A stretch of 64,000 bases of DNA from assembly GCA_964016885.1 (NCBI GenBank), contig OZ024740.1, positions 426,312,001 through 426,376,000 of the forward strand. The letters run 5' to 3'. The stretch comes from Eledone cirrhosa (taxonomy: Eukaryota). Below are positions 1 to 13,243 of this stretch, piece by piece (position 1 is the stretch's first letter; each line of letters begins with the position of its first letter). A program made the position numbers and the translations under genes. Under the pieces are notes generated by a model. The model was not told the origin of the DNA. It ran no database searches and saw nothing but the letters and a program-made list of their open reading frames with translations.

Positions 1-11
1 ACATAGATTGA

Positions 12-531
<520 letters not shown>

Positions 532-873
532 AGAAACTATTGCATATTGAAAGAGACAAGGTAGATATAATGACAAGTAGTGAGAGAGAGAGAATGATAT
601 GCTGTTGACCTAGATGGAATCTTATGGTGTAGGTTTACACACTTATCCTAAAGTCCTCCACCAACGCCCCACCACACAGCTTTGTGTCCAGGCCCATGTG
701 TCGCCCCTCTCTCTATATTATAGTTCACCTCGATAGGAAATTAATCCCCACTCTTGTATCTCCGGAGAAGCTTTAGTAGACAACCTATTGACCCCCCTCC
801 AACCCGTTCTCTCTCTCTCCTTCTTTCCTTATTTTATTCTTGTTTTTTTGTTTATATTGCTGTGAGAATGAGT

Positions 874-988
874 CCTTTCTTTCTTTCTGTCTTTCTTTTC
901 TTCTTCCTTTCTTTCTTTCTTTCCATCTTTCTTTCTTTCTCTCTATCTTTCTTTCTTTCTTTCTATCCTTCTATCTTTCTATCTTTTG

Positions 989-1032
<44 letters not shown>

Positions 1033-1035
1033 TCC
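874..1035. repeat. (CTTT)n microsatellite
   Basis: Imperfect TTTC tetranucleotide run. Confidence 0.9.
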
Positions 1036-1329
1036 TAGCTGCCATTTTTCTCTTATTCATTTCTCACCCAGTCTTTTTTACTCAAACAGCCAATGTGTCT
1101 ATGCATATAAAATAAGCGTGTGCGCATGTGTTTGTATATGCATATATAATATATACACGCTGACACACACACACACACACACGAAACACAAGCCCTCACA
1201 CACACAAGCCCTTACACACACACACACAGAGAGGGAACAAAGGAACAGGGAAACCAAATCAACAAGACACGTTATGGTACAAATTGAGAATATTATCTGA
1301 ATGATGTTCTATAGTGAAGGAAAATCAAA

Positions 1330-1362
1330 TATAACGTTTCGGGCTACGCCCTTCATCAGATA
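1330..1362 (-). ncRNA. Minimal type-I hammerhead ribozyme (Penelope-like element type)
   Basis: Minus strand reads tat-CTGATGA-a-gggc-gta-gccc-GAAA-cg-T-T-ata: both core boxes, a 4-bp stem II, palindromic AACGTT in place of stem III, and a 3-bp stem I. Confidence 0.7.
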
Positions 1363-1778
1363 ATGAAGGATATAGAATAAAAATCTTGAGGCATATAGTC
1401 ACGTGTGTAACAAAGTTTACGTCTTGGCGAAGTGTGACCGGAAGTAGTTGGAATATTAAACCTTGTTTTTTTTTCGCACATGGAAAACCTTTGATATTTT
1501 CACCTTTTTTTTTCTTTTAAAATATTTTCTCAAATTTGCATATTTTTTCTGAAGAAAGATGTGGCTTGCAATCTTATACTTTAATTGTTATCAAATCACA
1601 AGACTCTTATGGTAATGTTCTCAATTTGTACTAAGGGATTTTTGCTCCGTTGTTCACTATATTAAACACACCTACAACACTTTGGTGGTACCTACATTAT
1701 TTGAACTCATCACGGTCCCAACAATTGAATAATGCAAACAGATTACCATGTTGAACCATGACGGATTTTTACCTTGTT

Positions 1779-1856
<78 letters not shown>

Positions 1857-1863
<7 letters not shown>

Positions 1864-2218
1864 AAAAAGAGATGAAATCGAAAATGCAACTGAAGTCTTA
1901 TTTTTAAAAAAAATATATATATTTATTTGGTTCCTTTACCGGTTTCGCAGTTCTTCTGCTTTTCAAAAGGTGAGTTGAGATGGAGGGTGTGTGGTTTTTC
2001 TCACAGATGTGAGAAAAACCACAGACCCTCCATCTCAACTCACCTTTTGAAAAGCAGAAGAACTATGAAACCGGTAAAGGAACCAAATAAATATATATAT
2101 ATTTTTTAAAAATAAGACTTCAGTTGCATTTTCGATTTCATCTCTTTTTCTTTATACTTTCACTCGTGTAGGACACCTCGGTTATTTTTCATTTTGTAAA
2201 AAAAACCTCACTTTCTAA
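1857..2218. mobile_element. Fold-back HHR element (family A) between (TA)n tracts
   Basis: Near-perfect inverted arms 1857-2005 / 2008-2156 with a 2-nt loop, plus an unpaired tail 2157-2218. Both ends abut (TA)n, and a second copy lies at 32195-32390. Confidence 0.85.
1933..1970 (-). ncRNA. Minimal HHR, U3-A8 compensated core variant (mirror copy at 2043-2080 on +)
   Basis: Minus strand reads cctt-TTGAAAA-gcag-aagaa-ctgc-GAAA-ccgg-T-A-aagg: perfect 4-bp stems I and II, palindromic ACCGGT, GUA cleavage triplet. Confidence 0.75.
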
Positions 2219-2236
2219 TATATATATATATATATA

Positions 2237-2494
2237 TATTAAAATAACAGATTAAAGTTTAAGCAAATAATCGCTGCTTTCACCCCTAACGGGATCTTCT
2301 GAATCTGTAGAGTTCAAATAATGTAGGTACCAGCAAAGTTTCAGACGATCCCGTTAAGGGTGAAAGCACCGCTTCTTTGCTTAAACTTTAATCTGTTATT
2401 TTAATAAATATTTGCTCTCGGCTGCTTATATATTTGATATATATTCATCCTTTTCGAGCCCTCTTTGGATTTTAGTCTTCACATTTATTATTAT

Positions 2495-2497
<3 letters not shown>
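2237..2497. mobile_element. Fold-back element (family B) with degenerate HHR-like motif
   Basis: Arms 2237-2303 / 2339-2406, flanked by (TA)n. The right arm has cAgacga-tccc..ggg-t-GAAA-gcaccgc-tt (non-canonical core). Confidence 0.65.
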
Positions 2498-2528
<31 letters not shown>

Positions 2529-2712
2529 AAGAAAGACTGTTTCATTTGTCCATTCAGAGCTTTGTTCTTGCTTATTATTATAACAAAACTCCGGATGAAC
2601 AAAAATCGTGGAGTGTTTTACATCTGTTAAGAAAAATTCGACGGATTTCCAATCAACCAACTTTCTTCTATTGAATATACATATATATATATATACACAT
2701 ACACACACCACA

Positions 2713-2800
<88 letters not shown>

Positions 2801-3105
2801 GAGAGAGAGACACACATATCTGTGTATGTGTGCGTGAAATGCATCAACACAACGCAAATGAGCATAATATTATTATTTGATCGACAATATACTACTGGAC
2901 ATAGATGCCAGCGAGAAATCGAACTTTGCACCTCACGGATATCGACCGAATGCATTAACAACTAGCTACGTTAAGTAGCTGCTTGAAACTATATTCTGAC
3001 TTCTTAAAATGTTTAATCTGTTAACTCTGTAAACATCCACTTACGTATGACTGGCAAAATTGAAAATCTGAAATCTAGTCTTTCACTCTCTATCGTTTTC
3101 AGGAA

Positions 3106-3640
3106 TACTTTACACGTGCATCATAAGACGCAGGTATTTTTTTTTATATCCCAGAAAATCACCCTGCATCTTATAAGGTCAAGGGTCTGTTTGGATTATT
3201 GGCTAGTGGAGGTCTAGTGCCGCAGTGATCCTTAAATTAAACCACAGACATCACAAATGTAAACGAGTTGACGAAAGCTTCTACATCATTTTGTAAAATT
3301 TGAACATGAATAAAAAAAAAGCTAAAATTTTAATAGATTTTATGATTAATAAAATAAATTTATTTTCACTTTCTAATGTTTTATAAATATACCAAATATT
3401 TCAACATAAAAACGATGTAGAGAATAAAGTACATTTATTTCTACACTTTTTTTATTATTTAAAAATGTACTAAAATATTACAACTAGAATTACAATGTAG
3501 AATGATAATTAAAAAAATACAATTTTATAACCTTCACCTGACATTTGTAGTTTAAATACATTTATCTATTTTTAAAATGTCTGCGCAAATTGAGGTGTGT
3601 CTTATAAACACACGCGTCAAATAGGGCGTGAAATACGGTG
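3106..3640. mobile_element. Degenerate pogo/Tigger-type non-autonomous DNA transposon
   Basis: Right end gcgtcaaatagggcgtgaaatacggtg and left-side cataagacgca / tgcatcttata resemble the TACCGTATTT...TATAAGACGCA terminal and subterminal motifs of pogo elements. Interior is AT-rich and non-coding. Confidence 0.5.
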
Positions 3641-3777
3641 TCAAATATATATATATATATATAAATGAAAGGTATAGAAAACACTGCAGCGAAAAGCGAA
3701 CAGCATTCCATAGTATATAAGTGACTATAGCGTCAAAATGGGAAAAATCAGGATATAAATTCATATATCTCTCTCTA

Positions 3778-4345
<568 letters not shown>

Positions 4346-4367
4346 ATATATATATATATATATATAT

Positions 4368-4700
4368 ATAGGAAAAAGTATGAGCCCTGACGGCAGAGTT
4401 CAAGCCGTTTGGACGGCTATTTCTGGACTAAATTAGAATTTTTAGCCTGGTGAATAAATAGCCGAACTTTTCAAGGCGGTACTTTCTTAATCTTCCCATA
4501 TAAGGAAGTACCCCCTTGAAAAGTTCGGGTATTTATTCACCAGGCTTAAAATTGTAATTAAGTACAGAAATAGCCGTCGAAAGGGCTTGAGCTCTGCCGT
4601 CGGGGTCATACTTTTTCCTATTTCCCATTCTACTACCCTAAGAATTGAGTACTCTGGTGCGTTATGGTCCATCTGGTTCCTTATCACATTTCCTTTGTTA
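4368..4700. mobile_element. Fold-back element (family D)
   Basis: Arms 4368-4490 / 4500-4621 and tail to 4700, with (TA)n on both sides. Related pieces at ~4748-4810 and 30547-30634. Contains TTGAAAA...cggctattt/aaatagccg...cGAAA (HHR-like, stem I unresolved). Confidence 0.8.
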
Positions 4701-4826
4701 TATATATATATGTACATAGATGAGATTCTAAGGGCTAGAACTGTTTCATAGGAAAATGTATAATCCCGACGGCAGAGCTCAAGCCGTTTCGACGGCTATA
4801 TCTAGACTAATATCTCTCTGTCTCTC

Positions 4827-5027
<201 letters not shown>

Positions 5028-5088
5028 TATATATATATTATTCAAAATATTAATAAATAAAAAAATATTCTCATAACCCAAGTATATA

Positions 5089-5147
5089 TTTTATTATACA
5101 TATTTCAAAGGTACAATGGTGTTTAAGTACGTTTTCATCAGACAAAA
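5089..5147 (-). ncRNA. Minimal type-I HHR
   Basis: Minus strand reads ttttgt-CTGATGA-aaacgtac-loop-gtaccttt-GAAA-tatgta-T-A-ataaaa, in a ~170-bp island between (TA)n tracts. Confidence 0.7.
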
Positions 5148-5600
5148 TATATGAGAGATTGGATATGCGACATACCGCTACGGTTTTGATTATTCAATTC
5201 CAGTTGCATACATATATATATATATATGTATGTATGTAAGTATGTATGTATGTATAGTATAGTATATTTAATAATATACTGTATGTTTATTCAAAAACAT
5301 ATTGAAGGCCATTCGCTATGAGTTTTAAAGTAGTAGCTATGTCATTTACTTGGTCTCGGCAAAAGCAAGGGGAAGCAACTGACAGCCGTTTCTCGTTCAT
5401 TAGCGGTTGTCAAGGCTACATATCACTTCACCTCTGCCAAGATCTATAGAAGCTGGATTCTTATAGAATTCCAGTGGTGTTTAAGAACTGATTAAACAGA
5501 GCGGTTGCCTGTCCAGCAAAAATTAGGAATTAGAATCGGGTGATGTCATACGAATGAAACAGTTCTAGACATGTAGAAGCCATTTCTATATTCAATTTCG

Positions 5601-5655
<55 letters not shown>

Positions 5656-5864
5656 TATATATATAGATAGATAGATAGAGAGAGAGAGAGAGAGGGAGAG
5701 AGAGAGAGAGAGAGAGAGAGTGAGAGAGAGAGAGAGTCCTCCTCCCAACAAGAAAGATTAACAGATCTTCTTCAACAATTATATTTTAATTTTTAATTCT
5801 TTCTTAATTCTTTTCTAATTCTTGTATTTAATATTTCATAAGATGGATTACATCAAAACCGGTC

Positions 5865-6628
5865 ATATTTTATATATTTTATATATTTTATATACTTTAT
5901 ATATTTTATATATTCTATATATTTTATATATTTTATATATTCTATATATTTTATATATTCTATATATTTTATATATTCTATATATTTTATATATTCTATA
6001 TATTCTATATACCTAATATATTTTATATATTCTATATATTTTATATATTCTATATACTTTATATATTTTATATATTCTATATATTTTATATATTTTATAT
6101 ATTCTATATACTTTATATATTTTATATATTCTATATATTTTATATATTTTATATATTCTATATATTTTATATATTCTATATATTTTATATATTCTATATA
6201 TTTTATATATTTTATATATTCTATATACTTAATATATTTAATATATTCTATATACTTTATATATTCTATATATTTATATATTTTATATATTCTATTTTCT
6301 TTATATATTTTATATATTCTATATACTTTATATATTTTATATATTCTATATATTCTATATACTTTATATGTTTTATATATTTTATATATTCTATATATTT
6401 TATATATTTTATATATTCCCTATACTTTATATATTTTACATATTCTATATACTTTATATATTTTATATATTCTATATACGTTATATATTTTATATATTCT
6501 ATATACTTTATATATTTTATATACTTTATATATATTATATATTTTATATATTCTATATATTTCATATATTTTATATATTCCCTATACTTTATATATTTTA
6601 TATATTCTATATACTTTATATATTTTAT
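5865..6628. repeat. 9-bp minisatellite (TATATATTT / TATATATTC / TATATACTT)
   Basis: Regular 9-nt periodicity over ~760 bp. Confidence 0.95.
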
Positions 6629-6751
6629 AAAACTCCTTAACAAAAATTGTTCTTCTCATTTTTTCAATGACGTCACTTTGACGGATCAAAGAAGAAAAAA
6701 AAGAATAACAGATTCTTTAAATATAATTCCGTGCTGTTTCCAATCTTACTT

Positions 6752-6772
6752 TATATATATATATATATATGT

Positions 6773-6869
<97 letters not shown>

Positions 6870-6960
6870 TGTGTGTGTGTGCGTGTGTGTGTGTGCGTGT
6901 GTGTTTGTATGTGTGTGTGCTTGTATGTGTGTGTGTGAGTGTGTGTTTGTATGTGTACAT
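6752..6960. repeat. (TA)n-(TG)n microsatellite
   Basis: Directly visible. Confidence 0.95.
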
Positions 6961-7029
6961 ATAAAAAGGTAACAAACAAATTAAAAGAACACAAGCACCA
7001 GCTGACAATAAATAAGAAATATATACAAG

Positions 7030-7073
7030 AATAGTAGTAATAGTAGTAGTAGTAGTTGCAGCAGCATCAGTAA

Positions 7074-7115
<42 letters not shown>

Positions 7116-7132
7116 CAGCAGCAGCAGCAGTA

Positions 7133-7177
<45 letters not shown>

Positions 7178-7201
7178 AAGCAGCAGAAGTAGTAGTAGTA
7201 A

Positions 7202-7255
<54 letters not shown>

Positions 7256-7449
7256 CAGCAGCAGCAGTCGTAATAGTAGTAGTAGTAGTAGTTGCAGCAG
7301 AAGTAGTAGCAACAACAACAGTAGAAGCAACAGCAGTAGTAGTAGTAGCTATTTTGCATAGTCAATATAACAACATGTACAACAACAAATAGAAGGACGA
7401 TTGGAGAAAGTAAAAATATTGCAGAAACAGAAGAATTAAAATAGAGGTG

Positions 7450-7486
<37 letters not shown>

Positions 7487-7559
7487 GAGCAACAAGAGAT
7501 GCAGCAGCAGCAACAACAACAACAACGACAACAACAACAACAAGAGCTGCAGCAGCAGC

Positions 7560-7619
<60 letters not shown>

Positions 7620-8210
7620 AACAATAATAACAATAACAACCACCGCCAACACCACCACCACAACAACAACAAAAGCACCACCACCACCACCACCACCACC
7701 ACAACAACAACAACAAAAGCACCACCACCGCCGCCGCCACCACCACCACCACAATCACCACCGCCACAGCAGCCACCACCACCACCACCAGCCCAACAAC
7801 AACAACAACACCAACAATAACGATAACATTAATAACCACAACAACAACAACAACCACCACCACCACCACAACAACAACAACAAAACTAACAATAGTAACA
7901 ATAATTGTTTCTACTAATAACACCAACAATAACAGCAGCAGTAATAACAACAGTAGCAATAATAATATCAAGAACGACAACAGCAATAACAACAACAGCA
8001 ATAACAACAACAACAGCAATAACAACAACAACAGCAATAACAACAACAACAACAATAATAACAACATCATTAACACCAACAACAATAGTGACAATAATAA
8101 CAACAACAGTATCAGCAGAAATAATAACAACAACAATAGTAACAGCAGAAATGACAAACAACAACAACAATAGTAACAACAACACCAACAACAATGACGA
8201 CGACGACAAA
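7030..8210. repeat. Mosaic trinucleotide region (TAG/CAG/CAA/CAC/TAA)
   Basis: Successive triplet runs that produce the homopolymeric ORFs. Confidence 0.9.
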
Positions 8211-8414
8211 GAGAGCAATAACAAGAGTATAATGTGAAGAAAACAAACAGGACCAGCAGAAACAATAAGAGCAGCTGCGACTGTTGGCAGCGAGAATACA
8301 AATGATTGTCAGTAAAAAGTGAAACAACACACAATACACAATACACTGCTGATGATATCCCTACTTGTACGGGCTGCCATCTAGAAACAACTACACAGCC
8401 ATCTTTAAATCGTC

Positions 8415-9090
8415 AGCAAAGTAATATAAAAGTTTATGTTAATATTTCATCTAACTGAAGTCACCATGTTGGAATATTTGGAATAATGAAATTCAATCCA
8501 ACCGTAACCATTCTTATTTCTTCCTCAAGTGTACGTATATTCTGTGGTGCCAGTTGAAAAGAACTACGCAACCATCTTTACTTCATGAGCAAAGCAAAAT
8601 AAAATTACGTTAATTTTTATCTAAATGAAGGCGCATGGCTTAGTGGTTAGAGCATTGGGCTTGCAATCGAAAGGTTGTGAGTTCAATTCTCGGACCGGTG
8701 ATGTGTTGTTTCCTTGAGCAAGATACTTTATTTCACGTTGCTCCAGTTTACTCAGCTGTAGAAATGAGATGATCGGACTGGGGTCCATATCATTAAATCA
8801 CCAAAGACACCTCCAACGAGATATACCTTGGAGGGGGCCAGCTAAACCTGCATAGGTGTGAGCTGTAACAACAACAACAACAAATGAAGGAACCACGCTG
8901 GAATATTTGAAATAATCAAATGCATTCCATCCATAGCCATCCAGATTTATTCAGTAGTTACCTGGCGTAAAAAGGTTACTCCACAACCCTCGTCACTTCA
9001 TGAGCAAAGCAAAATAACATTTACGTTGATATTTTATCTAAATGAAGGAACCAATTGAATTACAGCCATGACAATCCACATTTCTTCAAG
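8415..9090. repeat. Diverged ~170-bp tandem repeat, 3 units, second unit interrupted by a SINE
   Basis: agcaaag.aa.ataa...tta.gtt.at.ttt.atctaa.tgaag recurs at ~8416, ~8589 and ~9003. Confidence 0.7.
8627..8883 (+). mobile_element. tRNA-derived SINE, full length with target-site duplication
   Basis: A box tggcttagtgg (8636-8646), B box gagttcaattc (~8679-8689), ccttgagcaagatacttta core, (CAA)n tail, and aaatgaagg at both 8623-8631 and 8882-8890. Confidence 0.85.
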
Positions 9091-9267
9091 AAGTGTATAT
9101 CCAGAACTACGTTATCGAATGTGCTTCTCATTTCTCAAGACAAGGTTTAAAGATGGAGATTTGATGGTTTCAAATTCTTCGATCGATAACGCCGAAGTTC
9201 ACTGGTTGCATTATTCACATACAACCCTATAGTATATACACATCCTGCCGGTACGATTTTTCGTTTT

Positions 9268-9447
9268 AATAATTGTTTCTACTTTAGGCACAAGGCCAGC
9301 AATTACCCAGTTCATTACTGGTACTTTATTTTATCGACCCCGTAAGGATGAAAGGCAAAGTCAACCTCGGCGGGATTTGAACTCAGATCGTAAAGGGACG
9401 TAACTATGCTGGAAAGCATGGCGTCCGACCCTCTACCGATACTGCCA
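9268..9447 (-). mobile_element. tRNA-derived SINE (second family)
   Basis: Minus strand has A box tggcagtatcggtag, B box gagttcaaatccc, body gcctttcatccttacggggtcgataaaataaagtaccag, and an (ATT) tail. Four copies occur in the window. Confidence 0.85.
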
Positions 9448-9794
9448 ATAATGTTGTCTATTAACTAAGAATCAATCATGTACATGGCATGATTTAATTG
9501 ACTGTTCCCTGCCACGACCATCCCTCAAAAGAAATTGTATTCCATATTAAGTATTGAACTAAATGCGCGGATTTAGCAAAATAAAATAAAAAATCGATAT
9601 GAGAAAAAAATGCTTAGCGGTATTAATACGTATAACTTCGCGTTCTGTGTTGAAAGTCTTGTTATTTCTAGTTTACCAAAACTTCTATGGTTCAATTTAA
9701 TTCACAAAAAGCCACTTATCCAAATGTGAGCGCTGGTGTTTCACCGTTTAATACGTGATTAAACAACAATAATTACTATTTAATATATGTATAT

Positions 9795-10043
9795 ACAGCT
9801 CGTAGTATAGGAGAACGGATAAATGAACACTGGCGAGAGCTTCAAGATAAAAAAGAATCATCTGTACTCCACCAACATGCTAAAATAGAACATAAGGGTA
9901 AATTAGAGAACATAGAAATAAAAATAGAATCTACACACAGAAAAGACGCAATGTTTAGACAAATCACAGAGGCAATACACATAAATGAACTCCAACCAAA
10001 ATTAAATAGAAAACATGAATGGAACAGCAACATCACAACTTAG
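9795..10043 (+). pseudogene. 5'-truncated C-terminal GIY-YIG endonuclease of a Penelope-like retroelement
   Basis: Open frame missed by the ORF track (no start codon upstream): TARSIGERINEHWRELQDKKESSVLHQHAKIEHKGKLENIEIKIESTHRKDAMFRQITEAIHINELQPKLNRKHEWNSNITT*. It matches the PLE pattern T.R....R..EH...S....H....H...R...EA..I....P.LN...E and is followed by an HHR. Confidence 0.85.
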
Positions 10044-10250
10044 AATTAAGGACAAAATGAATACACACACACACACACATAGAACAATCAACCAACCAGT
10101 AACATGTAAATAAACAAATAAATAAACAAATATAAACACACACAGACACCCGGATGTAACACATGCGCAAACTAAGCACACAACACACAAAAACAAGATG
10201 GTGTAGGACAGAACAAAGGAGAAGCACAAAAACAAAGAAAAGAATCCCCA

Positions 10251-10293
10251 GTCATTGAAGAGGTCACAGAATGTGTGACGAAAGAACTTTGAC
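10251..10293 (+). ncRNA. Minimal type-I HHR (U3 variant) in the 3' region of the Penelope-like fragment
   Basis: gtca-TTGAAGA-g-gtcaca-gaatg-tgtgac-GAAA-g-aa-c-T-T-tgac: perfect stems I (4 bp) and II (6 bp), ~210 nt downstream of the endonuclease stop. Confidence 0.75.
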
Positions 10294-10684
10294 AATATAT
10301 GAACAACCGTCTGGTTGTGGAACCAACCAACCAACCGGAAATTTATAAATTTAATTTATAATAAATTGAAGTGAAAGCAACTGGTGCGTGTGTTTCTTAT
10401 TGGCAACATGACCCTCCCAAAGTATAACAATATCGGTTTCAACACACGTTTTCAGATAAAGAATCTTGCTAAACAAATTCAGAAACTATATATATACACA
10501 CACACATATATATAAATATATATATATATATATCCATATATATACAGGCACACACACACACGCATATATATACATATGAAATATATAGTCGCAACCATGC
10601 AGATAACTATAATAATAAATGATAACTATAAACCATAGTTGATTAAATTAGGTAAAGTATCCATGGAGACGGAAAAATTGGTGA

Positions 10685-10763
10685 GAGACGTCCGTCAGAA
10701 AGGGAACCACGCATCTCTCGTATCCCGGGTGAGCGAGTGAAACCATTACACCAAATGGCCCCT
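10685..10763 (-). mobile_element. tRNA-like head (degenerate SINE or tRNA pseudogene)
   Basis: Minus strand ggccatttggtgtaatggtt...gcgtggttccctttc shows a good A box and a degenerate B box. Confidence 0.4.
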
Positions 10764-10819
10764 GGTCACTAATTGCTATCGTTTTAGAAAAGTTAAGCTA
10801 GAAGTGTAAATAACCTTAA

Positions 10820-11130
10820 CACCCCCAACTACCTCCACCACTAGCTCCACTACCAGCACCACCACCACACCCACTACTAGCACCAGCACCACCACCAGCA
10901 GCACCTACACCACCACCACCGCCACCACCAGCACTACAACCAACACCAACAACACCACCAGCACTAGCACCACTAACACCACCACCACCACTACAACCAC
11001 TACTAACCCACCCACGACCAACACAAACAACACCACCACCACCACCACCAACAACAACAACCCAACAACGACACCCCCATCACCACCACCACCACTATCA
11101 TCAGTAATCACAACAACAACAACAAAATCA
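10820..11130. repeat. (CAC/CAA)n degenerate triplet repeat
   Basis: Directly visible. Confidence 0.9.
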
Positions 11131-11464
11131 CGATATCCACAACAACCCCCATATGTTCATTATCAGACTTCCATATCACCAACATCATTTTCCTGATCGG
11201 CTGTAGTTCCTTCCATACCATTAGCTACATAATCATACGGAAAAAAAGTTGGATTAAACTACACTGGAGTAACGACAGTTCTGTATTGATAAGAACAGAC
11301 AATTTTAGCTTTTATATTTTATCTAAAACGAATTTTACTGAAAGGCGGGGATGTTCTATGTCTGTAAAATATTTAGCATATTCACTGCATGCACTGTCAC
11401 TAATGCTTCCATTAACATCAACAACATGAGAAAACCAAGGAAACAATGAAAGAATCCTTCACGT

Positions 11465-12060
11465 AGTGGTTTGACCTGATATAAGTAGCAAACATATCTT
11501 CCTCACATCCCACTATACAAGTATTTACAAAAATGAGACACATTTGATAACAAATTCAATTGCTTGAATGTCTCTAACATAGGTCTACCTGATTTGTGAT
11601 TGACTTGGATCTTAATGGAAAGACGAATGAGGGAAAAACTCATCATCGTCATTCTAACTGTTAGAAATAGCAGCTGATTTCATCAAACCACGCCTTTCTG
11701 TATTAAGTAATGAAATAACACATTAGGACACTCTAGATCTACATACTTCTACAAAGGCTGAGTGGTCATGTTCGGAAGGACGTTGGGCATATGTCTAATT
11801 AATCAATGATGATAAATATGAACCACTGCTTATTCACTTGAACTGCCATACTTAGGAGCCAACCTCCATCACATGAGACACAGCCAACTTAAAATGGAGA
11901 GGATAAATTGAAGAATGTGGTACTGAATGAAAGGTCAGTTTGTCACAGCTGAAAAGCAGTTCATCATAGGTCGGCTCAGTTATAATGAGTGGATGATAAG
12001 CAACAATGCTAGATATAGCAGTCAAATTTCCCTCAAATCTCGCGCTATTATCTTCAAAAT
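11465..12060 (+). repeat. Old ~180-bp tandem/dispersed repeat (tagaaatagcagccaaatctccctcaaatc-like motif)
   Basis: Motif variants at ~11480, 11662, 11850 and 12010, and also ~38168, 39822, 40658 and 40834. Confidence 0.5.
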
Positions 12061-12200
12061 ATAATTGTTTCTACTTTTAGCACAAGGCCAGCAATTATCC
12101 CAGTGTATTACTGGTGCTTTATTTTATCGACCCCGTAAGAATGAAAGGCAAAATTAACCTCGGTGGGATTTGAACTTAGACCATAAAGGGCCGTAACTCT
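12061..12200 (-). mobile_element. SINE, 5'-truncated copy of the 9268-9447 family
   Basis: High visual identity to 9269-9407. Confidence 0.85.
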
Positions 12201-12801
12201 TTGCTGCAAAATATAATGACACTTGATAATCATAGTTCCACAATGTCTGAACTATAGACAGCAGAATGGTTACGGCTGGAAAACCAGCTAAATGACGAGG
12301 AATCAACATTTTTGTTAATCGTGTGTACATGTTTGACTATCGAAGAATCAATCAGGGTTGGCTGGAATTAGACTACAACGACAACGATAACAACAACATC
12401 AAACAACATCAGTAAAAATAGCAGCAGTACGGAAATATTTCACGAGGATGCAATAATTAATAGACAAATCACAGCGGCTATCATCTGGTAGCGACGAAAG
12501 CGACGTCTCTACTCGAAATAAATTGTAATACTTCTAAATAAGCAAGAATTTTCGAAAATTAGCTTCATTAACCCCAAGCATTGGACTGTAAGGTAGACCA
12601 ACGATAAGTAAAGAGTATCAGCATCTGAATGGATGATGTAATGATAGATGAAACTGACAGTGGTCTTGGAGAACTTTGGCTGCATCAGGTGTCTCATGAC
12701 ATGGGAGATTCTAAGTCTAATTCTCAGTAGCAGCATCGGTTAATCTCTGAACGAATCCACTTTACATCCTCTACTTTGGCGACCAACAGAATCTAAAGAC
12801 A

Positions 12802-12879
12802 CACAGAAACAGGCTGCGCTGTAGAGAGTGCGGGTCAACACTACAAACTGCAAGCCATGTATTGGAGTGTGTAGTGTAA
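12802..12879 (+). pseudogene. Possible C-terminal CCHC zinc knuckle of a decayed non-LTR retrotransposon
   Basis: Translates as HRNRLRCRECGSTLQTASHVLECVV* (C..CG...QT..H...C pattern). Flanks are too decayed to confirm. Confidence 0.35.
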
Positions 12880-13090
12880 CTTGCGCCTGGTCAGTCGTAT
12901 TTGAACACACGTTGGAAAAAGGAAACAGGAGAGTTTTAGACTGTGATCCTTCCTCAACAGCAGGGGAGGAGATTAATAGAATGAAATTATGTTTCTCACT
13001 AGAAGATATATTTCAGCCAAGGGAAATAATGGTTAAAACTCTGACATACCCCTTTAACTATCCGGTATATCTACTGATTTGTCTTTAAAT

Positions 13091-13243
13091 TCATCATCAT
13101 CATCATTGCACCCACAGTCGAACATTCCTGACAAAGTCTCTCCACACTCCACGACTATTCACTGTTCCTGGCAAATGATCCCTACTGGAATTTGAATCAT
13201 CTGAGAGTTGATCGATGAAGGTTTGAGCAGGTCTTCCTACTTG
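13091..13243 (-). mobile_element. 3' end of an RTE/RTE-X clade LINE
   Basis: QVGRPAQTFIDQLSDDSNSSRDHLPGTVNSRGVWRDFV fits the GRP..T.IDQL..D....R..WR..V C-terminal motif and is followed directly by a (TGA)n tail. Confidence 0.7.

Noticed and set aside
1450-1680. Possible decayed GIY-YIG on the minus strand upstream of the 1330 HHR (KIASHI and similar)
   Set aside because: Too many stops and frameshifts to support by eye. Needs a frameshift-aware HMM search.
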